A stretch of 64,000 bases of DNA from Acidimicrobiia bacterium (lineage in GTDB: Bacteria; Actinomycetota; Acidimicrobiia; Spongiisociales; ZC4RG35). Position numbers and translations under genes: made by a program. Position 1 is the stretch's first letter. Each line of letters begins with the position of its first letter. The stretch spans positions 22,054 through 86,053 of the forward strand of contig DATFBM010000012.1 in NCBI GenBank assembly GCA_035253825.1, in the 5' to 3' direction. Shown piece after piece: positions 55,521 to 63,573 of this stretch. The notes below the pieces were generated by a model, which made no database searches, was not told the origin of the DNA, and worked only from the letters and a program-made list of their open reading frames with translations.

Positions 55521-56033
55521 TTGCTCAAGGTCGACGTAGGAAATCCGCCGGTGGCGCCGGGCCGTAGCGGCGCCCTCACGGCCGCAAGGGTCTTGCTGGC
55601 CTTCCTCGGATTGGCTGCCCTAGGCGGGGGATTGACGATGATGGGCGATCCCAGCGGGAGTTTGATCGGTATGCCTGCGGAGTGGATGGCGCGCGTGCCC
55701 CTGCTCGACGATTGGCTGGTGCCGGGATTGGTCCTCGCCATCTGGTTCGGGCTCGGCTCTTTGCTCACACTGGCGGGTATGACCTGGCGTTTTGAGTTGA
55801 TGGGTACACGGTGGCTCCAGCGCTGGGGAGGAGGGCGACACTGGTCATGGGCCGCCACTGTCGTTCTCGGGATCACTCAGGTCGCTTGGATCGGAGTGGA
55901 ATTGCTGTTGTTGCCCGAGACCATCTGGGTGCAGGCCCTCATGGCAGCGGTGGGAGCACTAATGGCGGTATTGATGTTCTTTCCCGGCGCCCGCCGCGCT
56001 CTGGTCCCGCAGGCGGCTCCGGCCCAGCGATAA
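55521..56033 (+). CDS. Hypothetical 4-TM membrane protein
   Basis: TTG start after AAAGGAG. 170 aa, hydrophobic. Confidence 0.55.
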   Translation: MLKVDVGNPPVAPGRSGALTAARVLLAFLGLAALGGGLTMMGDPSGSLIGMPAEWMARVPLLDDWLVPGLVLAIWFGLGSLLTLAGMTWRFELMGTRWLQRWGGGRHWSWAATVVLGITQVAWIGVELLLLPETIWVQALMAAVGALMAVLMFFPGARRALVPQAAPAQR

Positions 56034-56098
56034 GGACTTTCGACCATGGTCGGCGACGAAGAACCCGTAGACGCTTGGCCGATGAAAGGAGACACAAA

Positions 56099-56515
56099 GT
56101 GACTCAACTCGCGTCGCCGGCCGCGGAGCGAGCCCCTGCCCGGCTCCGTCGCAGCCAGAGCGACAAGGTAGTCGCCGGCGTCTGTGGCGGTCTCGGCCGC
56201 TACTTCGGGGTAGACCCGGTCTGGTTCCGGCTCGCATTCGTGATCCTCGCCATCGGTGGAGGGTCCGGTCTGTTGCTGTACCTGGTCGGGTGGCTGGCCA
56301 TTCCCACCGAGTCGGGCGACATGGCTGGGACGACCGTCATCGCCCGGCACGGCACTCAGGGATCGCTCTTGGCCGGTCTGATCCTGGTGGGAGTGGGCTT
56401 GGTGTTCTTGGCGAACACGCTGGTCCCTTGGTTCAACCGCTTCATGTGGCCGGCGGCGGTCGTGGCCGCCGGGCTTGGACTCATCTATTCGGGGAGGAAT
56501 CGTGCAAACGCTTGA
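56099..56515 (+). CDS. PspC-domain membrane protein
   Basis: GTG 56099 follows AAGGAG. LRRSQSDKVVAGVCGGLGRYFGVDPVWFRLAFVILAIGGGSGLLLYLVGWLAIP is a classical PspC domain. Confidence 0.75.
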   Translation: MTQLASPAAERAPARLRRSQSDKVVAGVCGGLGRYFGVDPVWFRLAFVILAIGGGSGLLLYLVGWLAIPTESGDMAGTTVIARHGTQGSLLAGLILVGVGLVFLANTLVPWFNRFMWPAAVVAAGLGLIYSGRNRANA

Positions 56516-57146
56516 TGCCGCCCCTGCCACGAGCACTCCGTTGCTGTCGCAGAGGCGCAATAGATTCGGTGCAACTTTGCTGGGCGCGATTCTGCTTGTG
56601 CTCGGCGGCCTTTGGGCCCTCGACGTAGCCGACGCCATCGACATCCGGGCCACCGTTGTGGTACCGGCCGTTTTGGCTGTCCTGGGCCTCGGCCTAATTG
56701 TTGGCGCCGCCAACGGCCCGCACAGCGGGCTCATAGTGGCTGGAGTATTTCTCTCGCTCGCCGTCGTGGCGGCGGCGGCGGTTCCCACTCCCTTTGCCGG
56801 GGGCATGGGTGATCGCCGGTTCGTCGTTACGGAGCAATCGCAACTGCGGTCCGCCTATCAGGTCGGTGTCGGGAATCTGGTTCTCGATCTGAACGAGATC
56901 CACCTGTCTCAAGCGAAGTCGGTTTCGATCTCGGTTGGGGCCGGCGAGCTATCCGTTCTACTACCTGACGAAATCCCCGTGCGCATCAATGCCACTTCCG
57001 GCGCAGGTGAAATCAATCTCCTGGGTCAGCGAACCGACGGCGTTGCAGTCTCCAGGGAATATCAAAGCGATGGGTACGCGGCGTCGGATGTCCGGTTGAA
57101 CCTGGACCTCAACGTTGGTGCCGGATCGATTGAGGTGAAACGATGA
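56502..57146 (+). CDS. LiaF-like (cell-wall-active-antibiotic response type) membrane protein
   Basis: GTG 56502 follows GGGAGGA. TM region, then a beta-rich C-terminal repeat (VGVGNLVLDL...VGAGELSVLLP...SGAGEINLLG...VGAGSIEVK). Confidence 0.6.
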   Translation: MQTLDAAPATSTPLLSQRRNRFGATLLGAILLVLGGLWALDVADAIDIRATVVVPAVLAVLGLGLIVGAANGPHSGLIVAGVFLSLAVVAAAAVPTPFAGGMGDRRFVVTEQSQLRSAYQVGVGNLVLDLNEIHLSQAKSVSISVGAGELSVLLPDEIPVRINATSGAGEINLLGQRTDGVAVSREYQSDGYAASDVRLNLDLNVGAGSIEVKR

Positions 57147-57334
57147 AGCTTCATATCGGGACTCTGTTCGCAGGGTTGGTCTACCTGATTATTGGTTTGG
57201 TCTTCCTCGCCGAGGCAGCTGGATGGTGGACCTTTCAATGGTCGGACCTGCGTTTAATCGGACCACTCGCCCTCGTCTTGATCGGGCTTGCGGTCTTGGT
57301 CGGAACGATGACCCGGAAGAGTCCGACGGACTAG
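57143..57334 (+). CDS. Small 2-TM membrane protein
   Basis: 63 aa. ATGA overlap with the upstream gene. A strong terminator follows. Confidence 0.45.
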   Translation: MKLHIGTLFAGLVYLIIGLVFLAEAAGWWTFQWSDLRLIGPLALVLIGLAVLVGTMTRKSPTD

Positions 57335-57362
57335 GAAAGATCCGCCCTCCTAGTTGTCGCCA

Positions 57363-57400
57363 GGAGGGGCCCCGCCCCAGTGCGGGGCCCCTCCATTTTT
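57363..57400 (+). terminator. Rho-independent terminator
   Basis: GGAGGGGCCCCGC (57363-57375) pairs perfectly (13 bp) with GCGGGGCCCCTCC (57382-57394), followed by ATTTTT. Confidence 0.8.
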
Positions 57401-57465
57401 CAGGCCCGGACCCGAGATGGAAAGCACGTTGGCCTCATCTTCTCGAGTAAAGACAGTTGCCCGAG

Positions 57466-57485
57466 TAGTCCCCGGATACGGACTA
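57466..57485 (+). promoter_or_regulatory. Inverted repeat TAGTCC-N8-GGACTA upstream of the second LiaF-like gene
   Basis: 6-bp perfect arms, 57 nt before GTG 57543. Confidence 0.25.
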
Positions 57486-57542
57486 AGGCCTCTATCTGCG
57501 GCCATCAGAGTCTCAAAAGATGTTGGCCGAAAGGAGACATTT

Positions 57543-58199
57543 GTGAACAGGGCAAGACTCTTATTTGGAGCTGTTGTGATCGCTCTTGGCACGTTGCTAC
57601 TCCTCGATTACACCGAGGTGCTCGACGCAGGTGAAGTCATCGGCAGCTGGTGGCCAGTAGTGCTGATCGCCGCCGGCCTATTGGCCCTCACGGCTAATCC
57701 TCGGCATTGGATCGGACCGACGCTGATAACAGGTCTGGGTGGCGTGCTGTTGCTAAGGACCACCGAAGTCGTGGATACATTGAAAGTTGTCGGCCCGGCG
57801 ATCCTGGTGGTGCTTGGCGTCATCGTCATCTTCGGGAGGGGATTCACGCCCCGATCAGTAGCAAGCCAGAACCGAATCAACAGCTTCAACGTGTTCTCCG
57901 GCTCCGAACTCGCATCGACATCAGAGCACTTCGAGGGCGGCTCGATCGGTGCACTCTTTGGCGGGGCCGAAGTCGACCTCCGAGATGCCAAGCCGGCACC
58001 TGGTGCCGAACTAGATGTCTTTGTGGCCTTCGGTGGAGCCGAAATCAAGGTGCCCGAGGGCTGGAACGTGGTCACTCACGGAATGCCGATCTTTGGCGGC
58101 TTCGACAACGTAACCGCTAGAGAGAGGGTCACTGCCGGCGCCCCGACGCTCGACGTCAATGCGACCGTCATCTTCGGAGGCCTCGAAGTCAAGCATTGA
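57543..58199 (+). CDS. LiaF-like (cell-wall-active-antibiotic response type) membrane protein, second copy
   Basis: GTG 57543 follows AAGGAG. 4 TM segments, then FGGAEVDLRDA...FGGAEIKVPEGW...IFGGFDN...IFGGLEVK repeats. Confidence 0.65.
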   Translation: MNRARLLFGAVVIALGTLLLLDYTEVLDAGEVIGSWWPVVLIAAGLLALTANPRHWIGPTLITGLGGVLLLRTTEVVDTLKVVGPAILVVLGVIVIFGRGFTPRSVASQNRINSFNVFSGSELASTSEHFEGGSIGALFGGAEVDLRDAKPAPGAELDVFVAFGGAEIKVPEGWNVVTHGMPIFGGFDNVTARERVTAGAPTLDVNATVIFGGLEVKH

Positions 58200-58211
58200 A
58201 GCTCAAGTTCT

Positions 58212-58253
58212 CGGCGGCCCGCCCAAACGGGGTGGGCCGCCGATTTGTGTGTG
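58212..58253 (+). terminator. Probable rho-independent terminator
   Basis: CGGCGGCCCGCCC / GGGGTGGGCCGCCG stem (one mismatch), followed by ATTTGTGTGTG. Confidence 0.5.
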
Positions 58254-58275
58254 AAGGCCGGCCCGATCACCTGCC

Positions 58276-59397
58276 TTACACCGGCAGGATCACTTTTACG
58301 GTCGTGCCCTGGCCGGACCGACTCCGAATTGTGGACTCGCCGCCTGACTTTTCGGCCCTCCAGCGGATATTGGAAAGGCCCATGCCTTCTCGGGCGCCGC
58401 CGACGTCAAAGCCCTTCCCTTTGTCCTCCACTTCAATGTGAAGAAAGCCCCCGCTCTTTCCGATGCTCACCCGCACTATGTCCGCCTTGGAGTGGCGCAA
58501 AGCGTTGCTTGTGGCCTCGCGCACGATCTGGATGACATCGTCGATCAGTTCACCTGAGATCGCGTCACCGTCTGCTTCTAGCTCGGGACCAACGTCGACT
58601 GTGACAGTGGTTTCGTACGGATCCGATAGCTGTCGGACGAGACGCGTTATGTCGGACGCAAGACTCCGAACGTTCCACGCCGGCGGGCGGAGGTCAAAGA
58701 TGAGCTTGCGCAACGAGGCGATCGCGTCGTCCAGACGCTGCACCGCGTCGTCGAGGTCGTTGCGCTCTCGCTCATTCTCGGAGCGAAGAGCCATGCCTTG
58801 GAGCAGTAGGCCGACCGCGAAGATGTCTTGGATGATGGCGTCATGGAGATCGCGGGCGATCCGCTCGCGATCATCAACGACGGCCAGTCTTCGTAATCGC
58901 TGGTGGGTTCGAACGTTTGAGATCGCCGAACCCGCTATCACCGCAAGCGCCTCGACCAGCATCTCGTCTTCCTCCGTGAAGCCGCTCGGCTTTTCGGTCA
59001 AGTAGAGGTTCCCGAACACCCGGTCACCGCTCCGGACGGGAACACCGAGGAACGAGCTCATCGGCGGGTGGTGAGGCGGAAATCCCGACGAGTCGGGGTG
59101 ATCCTGCAATCGATTCAGGCGGATCGTCCTGGCCGAATGGATCAATGTGCCGAGAACCCCTCGCCCCACCGGAAGCTGACCGATACGTTCGGCTACGCCG
59201 GGGTCGAGGCCGACGTGGAGGAACTCGACCAGAGTGCCCTGCTCGCCGATGACCCCGAGCGCGGCATAGCGGGCGCCAGTGGTCTCACGAGCTAGCTCGA
59301 CCGTACTCATGAGGAGGGCAGCTAGGTCAGAGTGGGCGGTCACAACCGCGGCCCCCTCGACCAGCGTTACCAGCTTGTCAGATGAGATGCCGGTCAC
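58276..59397 (-). CDS. Soluble sensor histidine kinase: single GAF domain, HisKA_3 and HATPase (DevS/DosT-like)
   Basis: GAF with GFPPHHPPMSSFLGVPVRSGDRVFGNLYLTEK. H-box RERIARDLHDAIIQ. C-terminal G-boxes (DKGKGF, GMGLSN). No TM segment. Confidence 0.9.
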   Translation of the reverse strand: MTGISSDKLVTLVEGAAVVTAHSDLAALLMSTVELARETTGARYAALGVIGEQGTLVEFLHVGLDPGVAERIGQLPVGRGVLGTLIHSARTIRLNRLQDHPDSSGFPPHHPPMSSFLGVPVRSGDRVFGNLYLTEKPSGFTEEDEMLVEALAVIAGSAISNVRTHQRLRRLAVVDDRERIARDLHDAIIQDIFAVGLLLQGMALRSENERERNDLDDAVQRLDDAIASLRKLIFDLRPPAWNVRSLASDITRLVRQLSDPYETTVTVDVGPELEADGDAISGELIDDVIQIVREATSNALRHSKADIVRVSIGKSGGFLHIEVEDKGKGFDVGGAREGMGLSNIRWRAEKSGGESTIRSRSGQGTTVKVILPV

Positions 59398-59441
59398 ACC
59401 CTCAGACTATTGACTCGGCTCTGTGGGGTTATCGTGGCTCG

Positions 59442-60104
59442 GTGAAAATTCTGCTGGTGGACGATCACGAGATCGTTCGCCGTGGGATCCGTGGACTCTT
59501 GGAAGGACAGGAAGACTTCACTGTGGTCGGCGAGGCGGCCAGCGCCGCCGAAGCGGTTCGGCGGACCGGATTCGACTCGCCGGATCTGGTGATCATGGAC
59601 GTTCGGCTTCCCGACGCATCGGGCGTAGAAGCCTGCCGAGACATCCGATCCGGATTCCCAGATGTCAAGGTGTTGATGCTTACCTCGTATGCTGACGAGG
59701 AGGCCCTGATGTCTGCAATCCTGGCCGGGGCTTCTGGCTACCTGCTGAAGCGAATCGACTCCGCGGAGCTGATCGAGAGCGTTCGCAAAGTCGGTCGGGG
59801 TGAATCGCTCCTCGATCCGGAGATGGTGACCAAACTCTTCAGCCGCCTGCGTGGCGGAGCCCCTTCCGACCCGCTCCTCTCCAGGCTCTCGGAGCAAGAG
59901 CGCAGGATCCTCGATCTGATCGCGGCGGGTCGAACCAACCGCCAAATCGCCGAGGACATGTTCCTGGCCGAGAAGACGGTGAAGAACTACGTCTCCAACT
60001 TGCTCGGCAAGCTTGGGATGGCGAGGCGCTCCGAGGCCGCGGCCTATGTGGCGCGGGTGACCTCAGGAACCCCCAGCGACCCACCCGAGGAGTGGAAGTC
60101 TTGA
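59442..60104 (+). CDS. NarL/LuxR-family response regulator, DevR(DosR)-like
   Basis: [16 protein letters not shown]...[71 protein letters not shown]. Divergent from the kinase gene with a 44-nt spacer. Confidence 0.9.
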   Translation: [220 protein letters not shown]

Positions 60105-60158
60105 GCCGCTCACGCAGATAATCAGGCGCAAGCCGCCGAGGGGATCTCAGGAGTAGGA

Positions 60159-62822
60159 CTACCAGGTCTTGGTCAGCGGCCGGGCAACTGGCCGGGACAC
60201 ACGAACCCGGTAATCAACTGCCACGCACTCCGAAGGCATTGCCAAAACCGGGTTTAGGTCGAGCTCTGCGACAGCAGGGAGATCAAGGCCGAGACGGGCG
60301 AGCCGGTGTACCAGGTCCACGAGCGTGGCGGGGTCGGCTGCGGTAGCCCCGCGATAGCCACGAACCAAGACCCCTGCCTTACCGCCGCTTATCAGCTCCT
60401 CTGCATCGATGTCGGTCAACGGCGCGATCTTGAAGGATGCTTCGCCAATCAGCTCGGCAAACACACCGCCTGGTCCGAATGCGACCAGCGGACCGAAGAC
60501 CGGATCCTGGACCAGGCCGGCGAGAAGCTCGACACCTCCCTTGACCATGGTCTGCACGACCAGCGGTCCACCGATGCGTTCGGCTGCGGCGCGAATAACC
60601 TCATCGCTTCCTAATTCGAGGGCGACACCTCCCAGGTCCGTTTTGTGCACCCCTGCAGCGCCGGTCTTGATCGCAACCGGAAAACCCAGCTCTCGCGCAG
60701 CTGCCACCGCCTCATCGGCCGAGGACACCTGTCGCTCCGCTACTAGCGGAAGGCCGTAAGCGAGCAAGAGCTTGCGGGCCGCGGGTGCCTCGAGCCAGCA
60801 CTCATCCCGCTCACGCAGGGCTTCGTCGATCACGGCCTGAGCAACGGAGCGGTCAATGTTCGCAAGACTGGGAACGGATCCCAGCGGGCGTCGCAGCCAA
60901 TCGGCACGTTCGGCGGCCCGCCCAAGGGCGCGGGCGGCGGATTCCGGATACGTGAAAGCGGCTGCGGCACTCCGATCAGAGCGCAGAGCTTTGGGGATGC
61001 CCTCAGCACTCATCACGACTGCCAAAACCGGTTTGGCTTGACTCTGCGCTCTATCGGCAATAGCCGACGCAACCGCGTCGGCACCCGCGCTCACCGCCGG
61101 CACGAAGAGCACGATCACTGCGTCGACTGCCGGGTCCGCGAGGACATGTGGTAGTACCGAGCTGTAGGACGCTTCGGTGGCAGATCCCAGCATGTCGATG
61201 GGATTCCCGAGGCTCGCCTCGGGCGGAAGGAGAGGACGGAGCGATTCAAGCGTCGCCTCGCCGAGTGGAGGTAGCTCCAACCCGGCGGCGTCGCAGGCGT
61301 CGGCACAGAGAATGCCCAAACCTCCGGCGTTGGTCATCACCGCCACTCGGCGACCGAGGGGAAGCGGCTGCGCCGATAACAGTGAAGCGACATCGATCAA
61401 TTCCTCGAGTGATTCGGTGCGAATCACGCCGGCTTGCTGGAAGAGCGCATTGACCGCCGCCTCGGAACCAGCGAGGGCTGCGGTGTGGGAACTCGCGGCT
61501 CTCGCTCCGGCTCCGGTCGAGCCGCTTTTTACGGCCAGAATCGGCTTTCGCCGCGCCACCCGCCTGGCGATCGAAGCAAATCGGCGCGGGTTACCAAAGC
61601 TCTCCAGGTAGAGGAGGATGACGTCGGTGGCGGGATCATCCTCCCACCACTCGAGCAAGTCATTCGAGGAAATGTCCGCTTTGTTCCCGATCGAGACAAA
61701 CGCCGAAAGGCCAAGGCCCCGGGAATGGGCCGCTTCGAGGAGGGCGAGGCCCAGGGCGCCGCTTTGGGACGAGAAACCGATGTTGCCAGGCGGGGCCGAG
61801 CGAGCGGCAAAAGTGGCATTGAGCCGAGTCGACGCTGACGTAATTCCGAGACAGTTCGGACCCAACAGGCGCGCCCCGTAGGCCCGGATCAATCCCAACA
61901 ACTCTTGTTGTCGATGCTCTCCCTCTGATCCAACCTCGGCGAAGCCTGCCGAGATAACACAAACGGCTCGCACCCCGGTCTGCAAAGCGGACTCAACACT
62001 TTCAATGACCGATCTCGCCGGGACTGCGACCACCGCCAGGTCGACGGTCTCCGGGATCTCCGCCATGGACTCGTAGCCCCTCACTCCCGCCACCGGAGAT
62101 CCGTCGCGATTTACCGGATAGACGGCCCCCGCGAACTCACTTTCGAGGATATTGCGGAAGAGCTCCCCTCCGATCGTGCCCCGGCGAGCCGAGGCGCCAA
62201 TGACGGCGACGGCTCGGGCCTCGAAAAAGGGTCGGAGAGATGCCACGACCGCCCCGTGATCACGGCTCTCGACCTGGGACGAATATCGGGAAGTCGTTGC
62301 TATCGGAAAGATCATTTCGACCTCGCCCCCGGATGCCACCCGACTGACCTCGAATCCGATACCTTCGAAGACCTGAATCATCTCGCGGTTTTCGGCCATG
62401 ACCTCGCCGATGAAGTACTCGATGCCCTCGGCAGCGGCCCGCCCGGCGAGTTGCTCGAGGAGCCTCGTCCCTATTCCTCGTCCTTGATGCGAATCGGCTA
62501 CGGACACGGCGAACTCTGCACGCCGCGGATCGCGCAAACGCACGTAGTTCGCCAACGCCACAATTCGCTCCGCACCCGATTCTGCGGCTGAACCGAGCAA
62601 AGCTCCGGTGTTCGTCCAGTCGGATGCGAGCACCGGGTCGACCAACCTGTGATCGACCTTCGGAAAGCCGTGAAACCGGTAGTACAGGCTCTGCCGAGAG
62701 AGGGCTCTGTAGAAATCGAGCAAGCCCTCGCGGTCCGCAGAAGTTGGAGCTCGGAGCCGCAACGTGCGACCGTCGCGCAAGATGACGTCGATGGGCTGAT
62801 CGATGGCAGCGTTTCTGGTCAC
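60159..62822 (-). CDS. GNAT acetyltransferase fused to an ADP-forming acyl-CoA synthetase-like module (Pat-type protein acetyltransferase architecture)
   Basis: N-terminal GNAT (VADSHQGRGIGTRLLEQL...). Then CoA-binding (VAVIGAS...), CoA-ligase and C-terminal ATP-grasp-like regions. 887 aa. Confidence 0.9.
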   Translation of the reverse strand: MTRNAAIDQPIDVILRDGRTLRLRAPTSADREGLLDFYRALSRQSLYYRFHGFPKVDHRLVDPVLASDWTNTGALLGSAAESGAERIVALANYVRLRDPRRAEFAVSVADSHQGRGIGTRLLEQLAGRAAAEGIEYFIGEVMAENREMIQVFEGIGFEVSRVASGGEVEMIFPIATTSRYSSQVESRDHGAVVASLRPFFEARAVAVIGASARRGTIGGELFRNILESEFAGAVYPVNRDGSPVAGVRGYESMAEIPETVDLAVVAVPARSVIESVESALQTGVRAVCVISAGFAEVGSEGEHRQQELLGLIRAYGARLLGPNCLGITSASTRLNATFAARSAPPGNIGFSSQSGALGLALLEAAHSRGLGLSAFVSIGNKADISSNDLLEWWEDDPATDVILLYLESFGNPRRFASIARRVARRKPILAVKSGSTGAGARAASSHTAALAGSEAAVNALFQQAGVIRTESLEELIDVASLLSAQPLPLGRRVAVMTNAGGLGILCADACDAAGLELPPLGEATLESLRPLLPPEASLGNPIDMLGSATEASYSSVLPHVLADPAVDAVIVLFVPAVSAGADAVASAIADRAQSQAKPVLAVVMSAEGIPKALRSDRSAAAAFTYPESAARALGRAAERADWLRRPLGSVPSLANIDRSVAQAVIDEALRERDECWLEAPAARKLLLAYGLPLVAERQVSSADEAVAAARELGFPVAIKTGAAGVHKTDLGGVALELGSDEVIRAAAERIGGPLVVQTMVKGGVELLAGLVQDPVFGPLVAFGPGGVFAELIGEASFKIAPLTDIDAEELISGGKAGVLVRGYRGATAADPATLVDLVHRLARLGLDLPAVAELDLNPVLAMPSECVAVDYRVRVSRPVARPLTKTW

Positions 62823-62874
62823 CGAGCCGTCCTTTCTAGGTAGAGGAACAAGATCGCGGCGTGGGTCGCAGGCA

Positions 62875-62908
62875 AAGGGTCGAACGGCCCTCTCCGAGGG
62901 GACCTTTG
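62875..62908 (+). promoter_or_regulatory. Conserved 34-nt promoter element (copy 2) upstream of the second CBS gene
   Basis: AAGGGTCGAACGGCCCT-ctccga-GGGGACCTTTG, 57 nt before ATG 62966. See 45005-45038. Confidence 0.55.
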
Positions 62909-62965
62909 AACCTGATCACCTCTGCCTGGTTAGAGGATGATTGCAGTCAGAAGGGAGATACGAAG

Positions 62966-63361
62966 ATGCTGGTAGGAGATGCCATGAGAAGCCCAGTCGA
63001 CACGTGTTCGATCGACACCACCGTTGCGCAGGCAGCGAGGCGTATGACAGAGGACGATCAGGGGGCGATGCCAGTCACTCTCCATGGGTCGCTCATCGGG
63101 ATCATCACCGAACGTGACGTTCTTAGGTCCGTCGGTCGGGGTGAGAACCCGGGAGGGACAAAGGTCAAGTACTTGATGACTCCGGATCCAGATCATCTCA
63201 GGCCCGACGTGAAAATTGAAGATGCCGCGGACTGGATGCTCGCTGCCGGCTATCGACATCTGCCTGTCGTCGAAGACGGCCAGGTACTTGGCATTCTGAG
63301 CGTTAAGGACGTGCTGTGGGCGCTCACCGGTAGGAGTGCCGACTTCGTTCAGCCGTTATGA
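62966..63361 (+). CDS. CBS-pair domain protein (HRP1-like), paralogue of 44532..44945
   Basis: ATG 62966 follows GGGAGA. LVGDAMRSPVDTC...LIGIITERDVLRSV...GYRHLPVVEDGQVLGILSVKDVLW. Confidence 0.85.
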   Translation: MLVGDAMRSPVDTCSIDTTVAQAARRMTEDDQGAMPVTLHGSLIGIITERDVLRSVGRGENPGGTKVKYLMTPDPDHLRPDVKIEDAADWMLAAGYRHLPVVEDGQVLGILSVKDVLWALTGRSADFVQPL

Positions 63362-63573
63362 CGACTCCGGCACCCCAGGCAATCGCCTCGAAGTCCCACG
63401 GCAGGCTGAGCTGACATTGGTAGGAACGCGACCCAACGTCTGGTGTCACGATCCAGCTCATAGACACTTCCGCCCTGGCTGCATGGGAGACATAGCCATG
63501 CAATGCTTGGGAGAAAGCGAAAAGGCCGGTCGACCAACCTGATTGGGAGCCGCCAACCGAGGAAAGCGGAGAC

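Noticed and set aside
56041-56052. Perfect 12-bp palindrome CGACCATGGTCG upstream of the PspC gene.
   Set aside because: A perfect 12-mer palindrome is expected by chance roughly once per 4 kb (4^-6 per position). That gives more than ten in a 64-kb window, and I found no second copy.
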